This document shows positions 26,075 through 38,430 of a DNA stretch of 64,000 bases, piece after piece (positions within the stretch are counted from its first letter, which is position 1; every line of letters begins with the position of its first letter). The notes beneath the pieces were generated by a model that was not told the origin of the DNA, made no database searches, and saw only the letters and a program-made list of their open reading frames with translations. The DNA is from Chara braunii (taxonomy: Eukaryota > Plantae > Charophyceae). The stretch covers positions 5,266,751-5,330,750 of the forward strand of contig BFEA01000015.1 in NCBI GenBank assembly GCA_003427395.1. Reading direction: 5' to 3'. The translations under genes and the position numbers were made by a program.

Positions 26075-28786
26075 CCCGGGATGAATTTGGCTGATGGATA
26101 AGAACTCACCATGTCGTGTGTTTCAGAGAGGGAGGACAAAGGAAGATAGAGAAAGCACATGTGCGTTTGTGCGTGTGTGCGTGCAGGCGGGTGTGCGCAT
26201 GGGTGCTAGCATCCGTGCGTCTGCATGTGTTTGTGTATGTGTGTGTGTGTGTGTGAAGTCGAAGTCGAGCGTGGTAGTACAGAGTGAAGTAGTAAAGTCG
26301 AAGTCAAGCGTAGAGTAGTGTAGGGGTCGATCTTTCCCACGCCGTGGGATTTGCCCGTGCCGCCACCAAAAACGTGCGTGCCGCCACCTAAAAACAGTAC
26401 ACGCACCGCCACCAAAAAGTAGTTATGCACTCCGTAGGATTTTTCCATGACGCTGCCGAAAGGGGCAGCTTTCGGGAACCAAGCCCGTGCACAGAAACGG
26501 CCTGCTCCAACGGGCAAACCACTTCCCAGCAAAAGACCTCGATTGTTCCTGATTAATCTTGGGCCCGAGGTACCGGGCCAACAGTCTGGATTGACGCGTG
26601 ATCTTACGACCACACGCCAATCCAGCCCGTCAATCCGGTAGGACCCAACGGCCGGGATTTCAGATTTACTACATGTTTCAGACGATCCTAGCCGTAGGCC
26701 AGAAGGACCAACGAGGGCCCAGATCAGAGATTGGTTCCCTTAGCAATTTCAATAGTGTAGAGATACTGGACTTCGCCGGCCCCTGAACTAGTAACGAGTG
26801 ATGTTAACGGGTGTCTTTCTGGTCCACCCTTTTTGGTCCATCGGGGCAAGGGCCTACAAGGCATCACCAGCCTTTTTGGTCTAGTAAGATGAGTCTTTCT
26901 GCAGCAACATGTTAGTCGATGTGTTTTGATGTGTACCTGGGCTAGGCACTGGTGGTTCAGGGCCTCATTCAACCACTTGCCATTAAACATTTTCATGAAG
27001 ACCAGTGGTGATGGCAAAAAGATGTTTACAGCAAACTTCATGCCCTTTTGCAAAGCACCAGCCCATTGCTTGTCCGATTTCTGGCTGAACTTGTTTGGTC
27101 TTGCGCGACCATTTGAAATTTCCTGTGTAGGCGCGAAGCTGGATATACGCTGGGAACTCCGCCGAGTATCCGACCAAATGACAAATGTGTCGGTGCGGAC
27201 AATCAGCAGGGAAGTCATGTGTTGATACATGCGCTGCGCCCCTCAACGACTACACGCCAGACATCCCTGCTTGGGATGATGATATAGTCTGAACTTCGTG
27301 GCGCACGAAGGCTACAGGCATTGAAACCAAGGCGACCTGTGAGCTTGCTCGATTGATTTTGAGACACTAGGTACAGGTGTTCTAGTGCCTCATCCCGCTA
27401 TTGGCCATTTGACATTCTTCATGGCAAGTGGTGGTGAAGGCAAAGAAGCTTTTCACCCAACTGCTCCGAACAGGTACTCACTTGCCCTACATGAAGCTAA
27501 GCTGGTCCTGATGGAATCGAGCATCTGCACCTCCCCACCGAAGTTGTTTCACGGTGAACCAGATACTCACTCGCCCTCCTTGTAGCTAACTTTGTGTCGT
27601 GGCCCCATCCTCAACCCTTCGATTTTAGAGAATTGCAAGGAGCAAGCCTCTGGAACTCCCCACCAAAGTCATTTGACAGAGACATCAGAACGATATCTCT
27701 CCTCAAGCCCACGGATTGGGCAAGACAAAAACTGTGGTGGCGTTTCAGCATCCGACATTTCACAATAATCTGACACATTTACTGAGTGTCATCTTTCTTG
27801 GAGTTCTTTCTTCGTTCTTTTTTTTTTAAGGGTCGTCGCCTTGATCGTTCTTTTCTTTTCAAGGGTGACAGCCTTGAGATATCCTCATTGAACTGACCGG
27901 CCCCAGGTAATTCTGAATTATTTTATTCTGGTCACCTTTGTTGCATCTGGATTCGGACTTGGGTCTGTATTTCAACAGTTGATGGGTGTACCAATTGAGC
28001 TAAGCCCATTGGTTACTGACTTTCATCTTTGGCGAGATGGTAACGAGAAACCACTCTCAAGATCTCCCTCCACAAGACCACGGTGACATGTTGGGGAAGA
28101 TGAAACCCATGGCACAGCCTCAAACCTCCCATATTTCACAATGTTCTGACACATTTCCCAACATTCTTCTTTGACGAGTCGGTGCAACAAAGGTCTACAC
28201 TCACTTTTTCTCACCTTGTTTCAGGGTCCGTGTTGGGGATGCTAAACATCAACACTCACCCTCCCAATCTAACCATTACCAGCTCCTCTGGTCAGTCGAA
28301 CAGCAATAGACGACTGCCAAATACATTCACTAACACACATGGACACGGGCAAGGCAAAGGGATTGCGCCTCCACAAGAAGTCGTTGTCATATGTTACATT
28401 TATATCATATAAAAGAACACACATTGCAATGAAAAAAATGACCAGGTCAACCTGTTGCTGCAAACTACCTGCACAGAACCAGGGTCAAACCCACATGATG
28501 CCTGCCTTCTACCCCATCATGGTCCCCTCGCGCATACCTCCCTTTATGATTGTCCTCTCAACACCAAACAAAGAGGTAATATACATGATTTTGACTCAGC
28601 TCTGCATCCTAAAGCCGCAAAGGTTTCCTGCAGAGCGCGCAAAACCCCCATGCACACTTCACAGCATTCACTCCCGCACTTGAGGATGCTGTGTTACTCG
28701 TGAAGCTGGTTTCCCATCCAATACTGACAATGCACAAGCAGACAAACACTCGTCACCAAAGTAGTGGCAGTGAAATATTGAAACAA

Positions 28787-31700
28787 TTAGTCACCTTTCA
28801 AAGAGGGGGCAGGCTGCTGAAATGCTGGCATCGGATTAACAAAGCACAGGAGCGGGTTACTAGAGTAGCCCTGCACCTGGACCTGAGCTTGAGACTTCAG
28901 CGACGGAGGCTGCTGCTGCAGAAACATTCGTTGACTGTGTTGTTGGACTTCCAAGTCGAGAGGTCGCCGTCCATCTTGTGCACTTGTAACTGACAGAAAA
29001 GGTAGAGAAGTGCAAGAGGAGGAGACGAGAGGGAAGGTTGGCACTTCCTCCATCCCTGAAGAAGCGAAAGGATGCCCAATCTGCATGCCAGTCAGCACTC
29101 TTTCAGGGGGGGGAGGAGCCACTGGTAAATCAGGACTTAGGNNNGGNGGGGGGGGGGGNGGTTGGAAGGGTGGCGTCCCGGATGGTGGGAGGGGAGGTGG
29201 TGATGACAGTTGCATTGGGATTGGAGACGGGGGAGTGGGAGGTGGAGAGGGTGGTGGAGGTGGTTGAAACGGAGGGGGTGAAGACGGCAATGGAGGGGGG
29301 GATGGTGGCAATGGTGGTGGCGAGGTAGGGAGTGGAGCCAACCCCGAGCACTGCATTGGGGTCTCAGGGGCCATGTTCTCGGCTATCACCATTGGCACAC
29401 ATTCATCACTGTATGTTCCACCACTGCCTGATTGACTTTGCTCCATCTCACAGCTTGCGTTCTCCATGGCTTGTAACCCTGACGATTCCCTGACGTCCAT
29501 CACTTGTGCTCCCACATAGTTATTAGATACCAGTTGTGCCTGCCCACTGCTGGCACGTGAAGCACTGCCATTGAACCCACTCACATCAGGCCCTGCAGAT
29601 GTTCCACAACCATCAAATCTACCCTCTGGCATATGAACAAGTGCTGCCTCGGGCACCGGGGGCATGCTGGACACTCCATCGATAACACCCTCCAATGCAA
29701 GATATGTCGAGCACGCAGGGGGTGCCAGGTCCTGTAAGTCACCCACCGTTTGGTAACTATTTGGTAAGGGACTAGTTTCATATAGACTGGTCGCATTGCA
29801 AGAATCCTCCATATCCCCAAACCTCTCCAACAACTGGACGGCAGCATCACTACCCTCACACTCTGTAGCAGATATCGACAATGGCTGGGCCACTTCATCT
29901 GCTGCATGCATAGGAGTGGAGAACTCGCTCAGCTGCTGCTGCGGATGCATCACTGAGTCAGGAGTTGCATCAGCTTTGTAATACAAACCCGAAGCTTGTG
30001 ACTTCTCCATCTCAACCACACCACTATTCACATTTGGTCTCCCCGATTCCTCCACATTTGCTGTACACTGTATATCATCATGATTATTTGCAATGGGCGC
30101 ACCCAGTTGCATACAATTCTCCGCATTGACAAAATTACTGTCCATTTCGTTAGCAGATGATGTGCCTTGAACCTTACAGCATTGTGGAGTGGCAGCAGCA
30201 GCAGAAGCCGAAACAGTGCTGGCAACCACAAAACCATCCTCTTTTGTGTTTGGCTGATTCAAGTCATTATGCGCCTCAGATCCAAACGTCTGAGGACCGC
30301 CTACAACTCCTGTGTAAAGGATGTTAAATGAACTCTCTGGCGGCAACCCACACCCGGATTGCTGCCTCCCAGTTAGCTGGACAGATGGAGGGCCATCCAA
30401 TGGCGACACTGTCGTCTGAGAGGACACATCCACGTCTCCAGCCACTATCGACAAGGAACACGGTGAAATCTGGGGCTGCGATGGTGTGGATCCGGCCACT
30501 CCATCAGATGGCACCTGCCCCATTTGTGGAGACATATTGCTCAGATTTAACGGTTCGCTTTGGTGCTCCTGCTTCATCACCGGCTGCTGCGGAGGAGCTG
30601 CAACAGCACTCATACCCACAGAGGTACCTGCAGAGGAGCCAACTGTTGCAAAGCCATCACCGCTCATTCCAGAGAACTGCAGTTGAGGAGACTCCCCTCC
30701 AGCGCTATGCGCACTCCCCGTATCCACTGCACACCTCTTCAGAGGTGGTCCCTCAACTCCCATATCCTTGCATGTGTAATCAGAAGCATCCGCTCGCGCC
30801 CACGGCAGTTCTACCGAGTATCCATTGCCAAACACAGGTAGACTGAGAGTTGGCATGCCCACACCGGGTATACTTACAGACGGCAGGCTCAAAGGCGGTA
30901 GACTTACAGGCGCCCGACTCACAGAAATGTTGGCCGCCTGGCATAAATCCGCATTCGCTGTAGCCTCTGCCAAAAATGTAACGACAGGAGATAATTTCAT
31001 CACCCCATCGCCCACAGGGTCGGACTGTACAGGTGATGGTATGGAGGCACACAGATCATCATTGTTTCCTCCTGGGATATGTACATTATCAGCAGCAAAA
31101 TGCGCCACTGTGCCTACTGGAACTTGCATCTGGCAATCCTGGGCCGTCACATCTGAGACAGTGCGCACTTGCCGACCTTGTGCTCTGTGTTGCCGATTCT
31201 GCTCGAGTACAGGCAGCTGACTGTCTACCATGTAACCACTCACCAACCGCAAAGACAGCGGAGGAGGAGGCGGTGGGGGGGGCGGGGGTGGTGGAGGTGG
31301 AGGTGGCACTTTCCGACCAGCAGAACCCTGCTCCTGAACACGATCCGTAGGTGAGGACCCGTGTGATTGGCTGGGCTTCACTCGCAAAAGCCCAGTGTAT
31401 AGGGTAGTTTCAGCTGTCTTCTGGCTCGGGCTCACACCATGGCAAGCAATCAATTCCTCTCCCCGCCCCTCTCCAGTCTGCTCGGAGATCCTGCCGATGG
31501 GCGATCCACATGTGTGCAGCATACCATCACCACTGCCATTACTTCCTCGGGCCCTCCAGCCCCCCGACTCCATGGACCGTGCCAAGCCTAATATTGATAC
31601 ATCTTGGAAGCTCGAGTCATCACCTGTTGGTCCTGCACAGGAGTCTGGACGGGTCTCAGATGCTTGGCAAGCCCCTGCAGATCCATCCTCGGTGCGTTTC

Positions 31701-32722
31701 GAACGCTCCTGTTCCTCAACTAACCATGCACTTGCATAATTGCAAGGAGGGCGGGGAGCACATCCTAGCTGTCTAGAGTTTGCTATTGCGGTGGGGACAG
31801 AGGGCACTACCCCTGCTTCTGCATCAGAAGCCATTTGTGCACTTCTTACTGCAACCTCTAGCAATCTCACAAAATCATCTTCATCTTTCCCAGTCTGCCT
31901 CAATCTGGCAAAAGTACTATCTTCTTTTGCTTCTTGCTGTTGTCGCTTTGCGAATACCTTGAATGTGTTACTCTGCGAGCTCGCTACAGCACAAGCATTC
32001 CTGCTGGCTGCCATGTGCGCACGCACTGCGTTGCCATCTTGTGGCAAAGGATCAACAGCCGCCACATTCCTCGCAGCACTCGGGCAATCGTGTTGAGGCA
32101 GACTCTCCTCCGCCTGTCGCTGCCGCTGCCCCCGCATTGTCATCAACCCAATCCTCTGCTGCCCCATCACCTCGCGTCCTTGCTGGGGAACAGAATTAAC
32201 ATTGACCAGTTCTTCCCGATGAACTTTGGTGCTGTTATGATATCCTCCAGGGTTACCTCGGGCAAGGTTTACCCTCGACTTCTCACCAGCAGCGGAGTCT
32301 TGCTCCAACTTCGGCCTGCAGCTCACCGCCACAGCATCAGTCCTTCCCTCAGACTTCCGGCCCACTTCCCTTCCCACCAAACCACCACTTCCCCATGGTT
32401 TGTTGAACCTACACGACCCTCCTGCACCCACACCACCTCTTCCCCCCACCTTCAAATCCATCACCACTGGAGAAAGTGCTTCCTCTACCATAATTTGTTG
32501 GGGTGCGCCATTCTTCCTTGGTGTCCCGTGAGACTCTTTAGCCGGAGTATCCAGCCTCATGACTCTCTCCAGGCTTTTTGCCATCACCGAATCTGGTGAG
32601 AGGTCTCTGCCAAGGTTCAGCACACTCGCTCGTGAAGCAGCAGGGTCCCCCATAGTTCCAGAAAAGAGACGTGATGCATGTATGAAATTGCTGGCACAAC
32701 AACAGAAAACCATTACCACCAT
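28787..32722 (-). CDS. Large low-complexity S/P/Q/A-rich, probably disordered protein segment with polyproline tracts; likely one giant exon of a host gene (likely ATG at 32653)
   Basis: 1311 codons without a stop in DNA whose other ORFs are short; no domain recognised; possible GT donor near 28795. Confidence 0.75.
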   Translation of the reverse strand: MVVMVFCCCASNFIHASRLFSGTMGDPAASRASVLNLGRDLSPDSVMAKSLERVMRLDTPAKESHGTPRKNGAPQQIMVEEALSPVVMDLKVGGRGGVGAGGSCRFNKPWGSGGLVGREVGRKSEGRTDAVAVSCRPKLEQDSAAGEKSRVNLARGNPGGYHNSTKVHREELVNVNSVPQQGREVMGQQRIGLMTMRGQRQRQAEESLPQHDCPSAARNVAAVDPLPQDGNAVRAHMAASRNACAVASSQSNTFKVFAKRQQQEAKEDSTFARLRQTGKDEDDFVRLLEVAVRSAQMASDAEAGVVPSVPTAIANSRQLGCAPRPPCNYASAWLVEEQERSKRTEDGSAGACQASETRPDSCAGPTGDDSSFQDVSILGLARSMESGGWRARGSNGSGDGMLHTCGSPIGRISEQTGEGRGEELIACHGVSPSQKTAETTLYTGLLRVKPSQSHGSSPTDRVQEQGSAGRKVPPPPPPPPPPPPPPPPLSLRLVSGYMVDSQLPVLEQNRQHRAQGRQVRTVSDVTAQDCQMQVPVGTVAHFAADNVHIPGGNNDDLCASIPSPVQSDPVGDGVMKLSPVVTFLAEATANADLCQAANISVSRAPVSLPPLSLPSVSIPGVGMPTLSLPVFGNGYSVELPWARADASDYTCKDMGVEGPPLKRCAVDTGSAHSAGGESPQLQFSGMSGDGFATVGSSAGTSVGMSAVAAPPQQPVMKQEHQSEPLNLSNMSPQMGQVPSDGVAGSTPSQPQISPCSLSIVAGDVDVSSQTTVSPLDGPPSVQLTGRQQSGCGLPPESSFNILYTGVVGGPQTFGSEAHNDLNQPNTKEDGFVVASTVSASAAAATPQCCKVQGTSSANEMDSNFVNAENCMQLGAPIANNHDDIQCTANVEESGRPNVNSGVVEMEKSQASGLYYKADATPDSVMHPQQQLSEFSTPMHAADEVAQPLSISATECEGSDAAVQLLERFGDMEDSCNATSLYETSPLPNSYQTVGDLQDLAPPACSTYLALEGVIDGVSSMPPVPEAALVHMPEGRFDGCGTSAGPDVSGFNGSASRASSGQAQLVSNNYVGAQVMDVRESSGLQAMENASCEMEQSQSGSGGTYSDECVPMVIAENMAPETPMQCSGLAPLPTSPPPLPPSPPPLPSSPPPFQPPPPPSPPPTPPSPIPMQLSSPPPLPPSGTPPFQXPPPXXXLSPDLPVAPPPPERVLTGMQIGHPFASSGMEEVPTFPLVSSSCTSLPFLSVTSAQDGRRPLDLEVQQHSQRMFLQQQPPSLKSQAQVQVQGYSSNPLLCFVNPMPAFQQPAPSLKGD

Positions 32723-35209
32723 GCAGTGGTGTTAGCATTCATCTTAACATCCACCAACGTGCAGTGCTGCGAGCATGCACAATGTCACCAACATTGCAGT
32801 GGTGTGGGCATTCATCACAGCATGGCAATTTTGACACAGGAAACAGAAGATGAACAAGTGCATCTTCCCACAGATTATGGAACGATTCATCTGTTTTTCG
32901 GCACCTTATGTGGGCAAATGCACTTCTCTTTTGTTCTGGAATAGTAACAAATGTATTCTGCCCCCTTCTGTGGCCAGATGTACTTGTTTTCTTTTTCCAT
33001 TTTGTGCCCGAGGACAACAGTATGCGCAACAATCACAACACAATAGTCTTCAACGTCAGCCAGACAACAATCACAACGCAATAGTCTTCAACGTCAGCCA
33101 GACGAGCGATGCAAATTGTCACAGACACTTCACTAATATCATATAGGACGAAATGAATAAGGAAAAAAGGTAGACAAGACGAAACAATGGCATCCTCTTC
33201 TCATTCACTTCCTTCTCTCTTCCTTGTGTTCTCTTCCTTCATCATACATCATTCAGTCATTAACCATCACCTTTCCAATTTCGCCACGGCTACCTTCCAA
33301 GAATAGTTGGGTACCCATGGTCATAAGGCAAAGAGTCACAGACTCTTGACATGTGACAATCAGGCCAGGCATACAGAAACTAACAGTTCCACATAATGGC
33401 GACAACATCATGCAATTTGGAAGTGGTCAGTAAAACCACCGCACATAATGTCACTACAGCAATAACCAACCACGCAATTCAACCTGGAATACAACCTCCT
33501 TCCCTAACCGAGTGCTAAATCAGAGTGTTCTTTCGTGTTTTATTTTACATCAATCAGGCTAATTCAACTTAATTGCAGATTTGTCATCCATACAGTCTTC
33601 CCGCTGTTCTCTTTGTTTTCCTCTCTTTTTCAGCTTCTTTTTGTTCAAACCTTCTGCACCAATGAATATGATTTTGTCACATTCTTTGTATTTACCACAT
33701 GCTTCAAAAGAACACCCGACTGCCTTTCTCGGGCTATACATGCGCAGCATTGTTTTCATATTTGAAAAGACGTTCTCTTGGATTGGACACAGTCCAGCGG
33801 CGAACTCGTTAATCAAAATGTGGAAGCGGGTAACTATACAGGATGATCAGGACCTCAGGCTAACCATTGAGCTCAACAGCTTTCAAACTGCGGACTCCGT
33901 GAGCAATTAGACCACGATCGGAGACTTGGCACCATTCTATTTACGAGGATTCGAAGTAGCGCAACTCGTTATGGAGTCGTTATGGAATCTGAGGTGAGCA
34001 ATTGAAAAAGTCGTGGCCAGAGGTACCAACCTGCCATACTCGTCAAAATCGTAACTGGCATATGATTCCAAGTCGGGAAAAACGTCGTGAACTGCACGAT
34101 CAGAAGGACGTTGTCTGTATGCCATGCCATTGTTCAGCACCTTGAGCTGGGCCAAATATTTCTCCATTACCTTCACCGGAAGAACTCTGCGCTCCATCCA
34201 GCAAGTCAGCACCTGTCCACATCATGATGGCAACAACAACACCAAAAAAGGGGTCAGGGTTTGCAGATCCATTGTTCGAGGCAAGATATGGTCCGAAGAG
34301 ACATTCACGGGCACTGTTGGCTGGACGAAAATCTGTCATTTTAGGTTCCTTTTCCTCTGTTTGTGAAACCAGTCATACTGTCTTCTTTCAACCAGGCGTT
34401 CACCGATTCATCATTACAGCATGTGTGTCTAGCTTTTCTAAGAGGGACGAACTGTTTTCGATGAAAACGTTTCACAATGTCTTGAATGGAGAGTCATGAA
34501 GGTCCCACACTCAGCATTGCACAAGAACGGCTAGCGCAGACCTCCTCTGCCCTGCCGTGCGATAGCTCCCCACCAGACAGCACCAACCACATGTCAAGAG
34601 ACTGACATCGAAGGGAAAAAGAGAGAGGATACAAATGAAGCTCGCACTCACTAGTCTGCTACAGATCTTTGGGGTGGAAGACGTGCCAATTGGCAACAAG
34701 ATCAAGATGAAGGAACATAAGAGACGGGAATAGTCAAACAAACAGACGACTCACCTGGTAACAGAGCTGCCGATTGCTCCTCCCTCTGGCCCCATCCGGG
34801 GCCAACGCATTCAACACACGGGGGAGTACATTTTGTAGTTCCCGTGGATACACATCCTTCGATTTCCCTGGACCACAGGATTCCACCAAAAGAATTGGCC
34901 ACAACCACAATCAGTCAAATGCAGAAACACGAAACGGCTGAAAGGAATCATCCTTAGAGAAAACAAAAAGAAAACGGAATTACCCTGAGGTCTAGCAGGT
35001 ACAAGGTGTCAATCCAAAAATCGCAATGCCTCCCCTGAGGTCTAGCAGGTATGAGGACATCAACTCTAACACCATCAACGCCAAACATCAAACTTATGGT
35101 CCGGACATATATATATTGTCACACTGTGAAACATAATCCTCAAACAGAGCTGCCAGGTAAACCGTAGCCAGAGCGGGAGAAGAGGACAGCAAACGAGGGG
35201 CTGTGACAA

Positions 35210-35244
35210 ACTGTTTCGTCGGAGTTTCACCGACTCATCAGGAG
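35210..35244 (-). ncRNA. 5'-truncated hammerhead (family A)
   Basis: CTGATGA gtcgg-tgaaact-ccgac GAAA cagt; stem I replaced by a TA tract. Confidence 0.85.
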
Positions 35245-35776
35245 ATATATCGTCTATATATCGTCGTCTATATATTAAAAACCATCGGCAGAGAGGGAGA
35301 AGAGGACAACAAACGAGGAGCTGTATATATATCGTCAATTGTCATATATATAATATCAAACAGAGCTGCCCGGTAAACTGTAGGCAGAGAGGGAGAAGAG
35401 GACAACAAACGTATATATATATCATCACATATATATTGTCACACTGTGAATCGGAGCGCAAGGCGGAAAAGGCAAAACAAGGAAAGGAAAAGAAGGAAAG
35501 CCCCACCTGTTCATCACCTCTTACGTACAAGGCCAGCCACGTGGATGACAGGTTGAGCACTGGCTGCCCCCATCCCCGTGTGTCACAAGGACCCACTTGC
35601 ACGCAACCAAAAGGCAAAGAGGTAAAGAAAAGGAGGAGGAAACCTCCTGACAGGGAAACAAAGCAAATGACACATCCCATAGATAATCCAATTGTCACAA
35701 AGCAAATAACACATCCCACAGATCAACATTTTTTTCTTTTTCCTTATTTTCTTATTTTCTTTTTTTGCTTTTTTTT

Positions 35777-36111
35777 TTAACTGTTCCCACCTCGGCAGAT
35801 AGGACAGCTACGGTGAGGATGATGTGGATGTTCACAAGGATACCCAAGGAGAGTTGCGCCAGCACAGCATTCAGCAGGACGGCTAGCACGAACCATCCCA
35901 TCAAAACAGTCCTGACAGAGGACATGTACACATGTCAAAAGAACAGCAGGACGTTCATCACAGTGCGCCATCATGCAGTTCTGATAGCGTCCTTGGGCAC
36001 AGACCCTTCAGCACAGACAGCGGTAGTCGCAATAGATTGATAATAGTGATGGCATAGATGATGAATGCCACAACCAAGACGCACCGCGTCTCTGCCCCAA
36101 CAGGTGTCACA
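35777..36111 (-). pseudogene. Two tandem RING-like zinc fingers (frameshifted by an internal deletion)
   Basis: CDTC...CGIHHLCHHY... and CMMAHC...C.HVLCQDC...CPIC; the deleted part is retained in the copy at 38431-38738. Confidence 0.75.
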
Positions 36112-36123
36112 CAAGAGTCGGTC

Positions 36124-36681
36124 AATAATCCAGAATAAAGTATGATTCTGCAATGCACCCAAAAACTCGTTTCCGTTGGAAATAGCCTGAATCATCGTCC
36201 CACCATCCCACAGTTCCCACTGGGCGGCTACACGAACGAGTGCCATATAATGCCCGGGTCTGTGTAAAATACAGGCAGAAATATGAGGATGGTCATTGAG
36301 GTCATTGCCTGGCGTCGCATGATGCATAAGAAGGTGGCGACCATGGAAAGCTAACTGTAAGACATTTACAGCAAAGCCTCCTGAGGTAGTATATTTACTA
36401 CCTTCAGGAGGTGGGCTATTATGGTCATACAACAACCGATTTTCAACAGCGTCAAGCTGATAAGCAATCGTAACAAACTGTGACGCAGTATAACATTGAC
36501 GCTGATAAGCCTGTAGGCAGACATTTGTGGCTGTCAAACCACAAGAATTTGGTAGGTCTGCCCGCAGATCCGAATCGGTCACCACCGGAAAGCCAGCTGT
36601 GATCTGGCGGGGTCGGCGCATAAATGACGAACACCGCCGACGTGGCAGAGCAGGTTGTCGGTAAGACAAAGAACCCCTCAA
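36124..36681 (-). pseudogene. Josephin (MJD/ataxin-3-like) cysteine protease domain within the element ORF
   Basis: SCGLTATNVCLQ, IAYQLDAVE, SGGFAVNVLQLAF, GHYMALVRVAAQWELWDG and HTLFWII parallel ataxin-3 motifs; C47/H144/D159 with His-to-Asp spacing of 15. Confidence 0.8.
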
Positions 36682-36971
36682 ATTAGCATCAACACGACGT
36701 CAAGAGGAAGGGGGACTAGGAGGGGAGAATGAACGAGCCTGCCGACGTCCCAATATACATATATACATCGTCAAACAGAGCTGCCCGGTAAACCGTAGGC
36801 AGAGAGGGAGAAGAGGACAACAAACGAGGGGCTGTGACAAACTGTTTCATTGGAGTTTCATATATATCGTCACAAACAGTTTATATATATAGTATATATC
36901 GTCAAATAGAACTGCCCGGTAAACCGTAGGCAGAGAGGGAGAAGAGGACAACAAACGAGGGGCTGTGACAA

Positions 36972-37011
36972 ACTGTTTCGTCGGAGTTTCACCGACTCAT
37001 CAGGAGGCTGA
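36972..37011 (-). ncRNA. 5'-truncated hammerhead (family A)
   Basis: Core, stem II and the 3' strand of stem I present; truncated in loop I at a TA tract. Confidence 0.85.
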
Positions 37012-37584
37012 TATATATATATAGTCACAAGAATATCAGCACACAAATGCAAAAAAAAAGGAAAGAAAAAAAAAAGGGAGAAAAACAGGAAAAAATGAAT
37101 TCAGTTTTTTATCTTCTTCCTTATAACTCCCCCTGTTCAGAACCTCTTGCGTACAAGGCCGCCCACGTGGATGTAGGTTGAGCGGCGGCTGCCCCCAACC
37201 CCGTGTGTCATATCGACCCACTTGCACACAGCCAAAGGGCAAAGAGGCAAAGAAAAGAGGAAGGGAACAGCCACAAGCAATAGCACCAAAAACGGATCCT
37301 AGATGACAAGTCCCACATGCACGCACTGCCCCTCCTTCACATGCCAAACGACAGGACAAGACCACCCAGGACAAAACTCTTGTCAACCAGGATGCAGACA
37401 AGGTTACCAAAACAAATTCTACCATATCCATAGAAAAAAAACGGAACCATACAGTAGGTCCGCAAAACGAAATACCCCATAATTGGGGAAGAACAAAGCA
37501 AAAAAAGGGAGAATTAGGAAAATATTTTCTACCATAACCAAAGAAGAGCCTGCTAGCACAGGCCCGACACAACGTCATAGTATA

Positions 37585-37964
37585 CTAGGCTACCAGAGTG
37601 GCCCGGGGTCACTTGCCCGGCCGGGCAAAATAATAATAATAATAATCATAATATAATAATAATAATAATAATAATTTTTATTGAAAATTATTCAAAATTT
37701 GGTGAAGAATTTCGATGTGACCCTGAGGCAAAAGTTGTTCAGTTTATTTTTTTGCATAACATAGGTTTTTTTTCGGATTTTTTGGATTTTTTGGATTTTT
37801 TTTCGGATTTCTTGGATTTCTTGGATTTTTTGGATTTTTTGGATTTTTTGGATTTTTTGGATTTTTTGGATTTTTTTTTTTTTTTTTGGCTGAGACCTTG
37901 CCCGAATCCCTGGTCCTAGCACGGGCTGGCCACCCGGGACCCGGCGGCCCGGCTGGTAGCCTAG
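37585..37964. mobile_element. hAT-type MITE inserted into the cluster
   Basis: TIR CTAGGCTACCAG/CTGGTAGCCTAG; 8-bp TSD ATAGTATA/ACAGTATA; internal (TTTTTGGAT)n and (AAT)n. Confidence 0.8.
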
Positions 37965-38430
37965 ACAGTATATATCGTCACATGAATATAAGAGAGCAAA
38001 GGCGAAAGAAACAGAAAAAGAAAAATTAAAAAAAATAAATCGTTTTCTTATCTTGCATACCGCCCACGTGGATGTAGGCTGAGCGGCGGCCGCCCCCACC
38101 CCGTGTGTCATATCGACCCACTTGCACACAGCCAAAGGGCAAAGATATATATTGTCACATTGTGAATCAGAGCGCACAAAAGGGGAAAGAAAAAAGGGGA
38201 AGGGGAAGAGGTAAGGAAAGCTCCACCTGTTCATAACATCTTACGCACAAGGCCAGCCACGTGGATGACAGGTTGAGCGCTGGCTGCCCCCATCCCCGTG
38301 TGTCACAAGGACCCACTTGCACACAGCCAAAAGGCAAAGAGGTAAAGAAAGGGAGGAGGAAACCCTTTTTTCTTTTTTTCTCTTTTTTCTTTTTTTCTTT
38401 TTTTCTCTTTTTCTTTTCTTCTTTTTTTCT

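Noticed and set aside
24717-26101. Pro- or Gly-rich extensin-like ORFs
   Set aside because: Open in several frames on both strands because of low complexity
35520-35630. HDV-like ribozyme in the conserved 3' motif
   Set aside because: Could not build the P1.1/P3 nested pseudoknot or the J4/2 catalytic C
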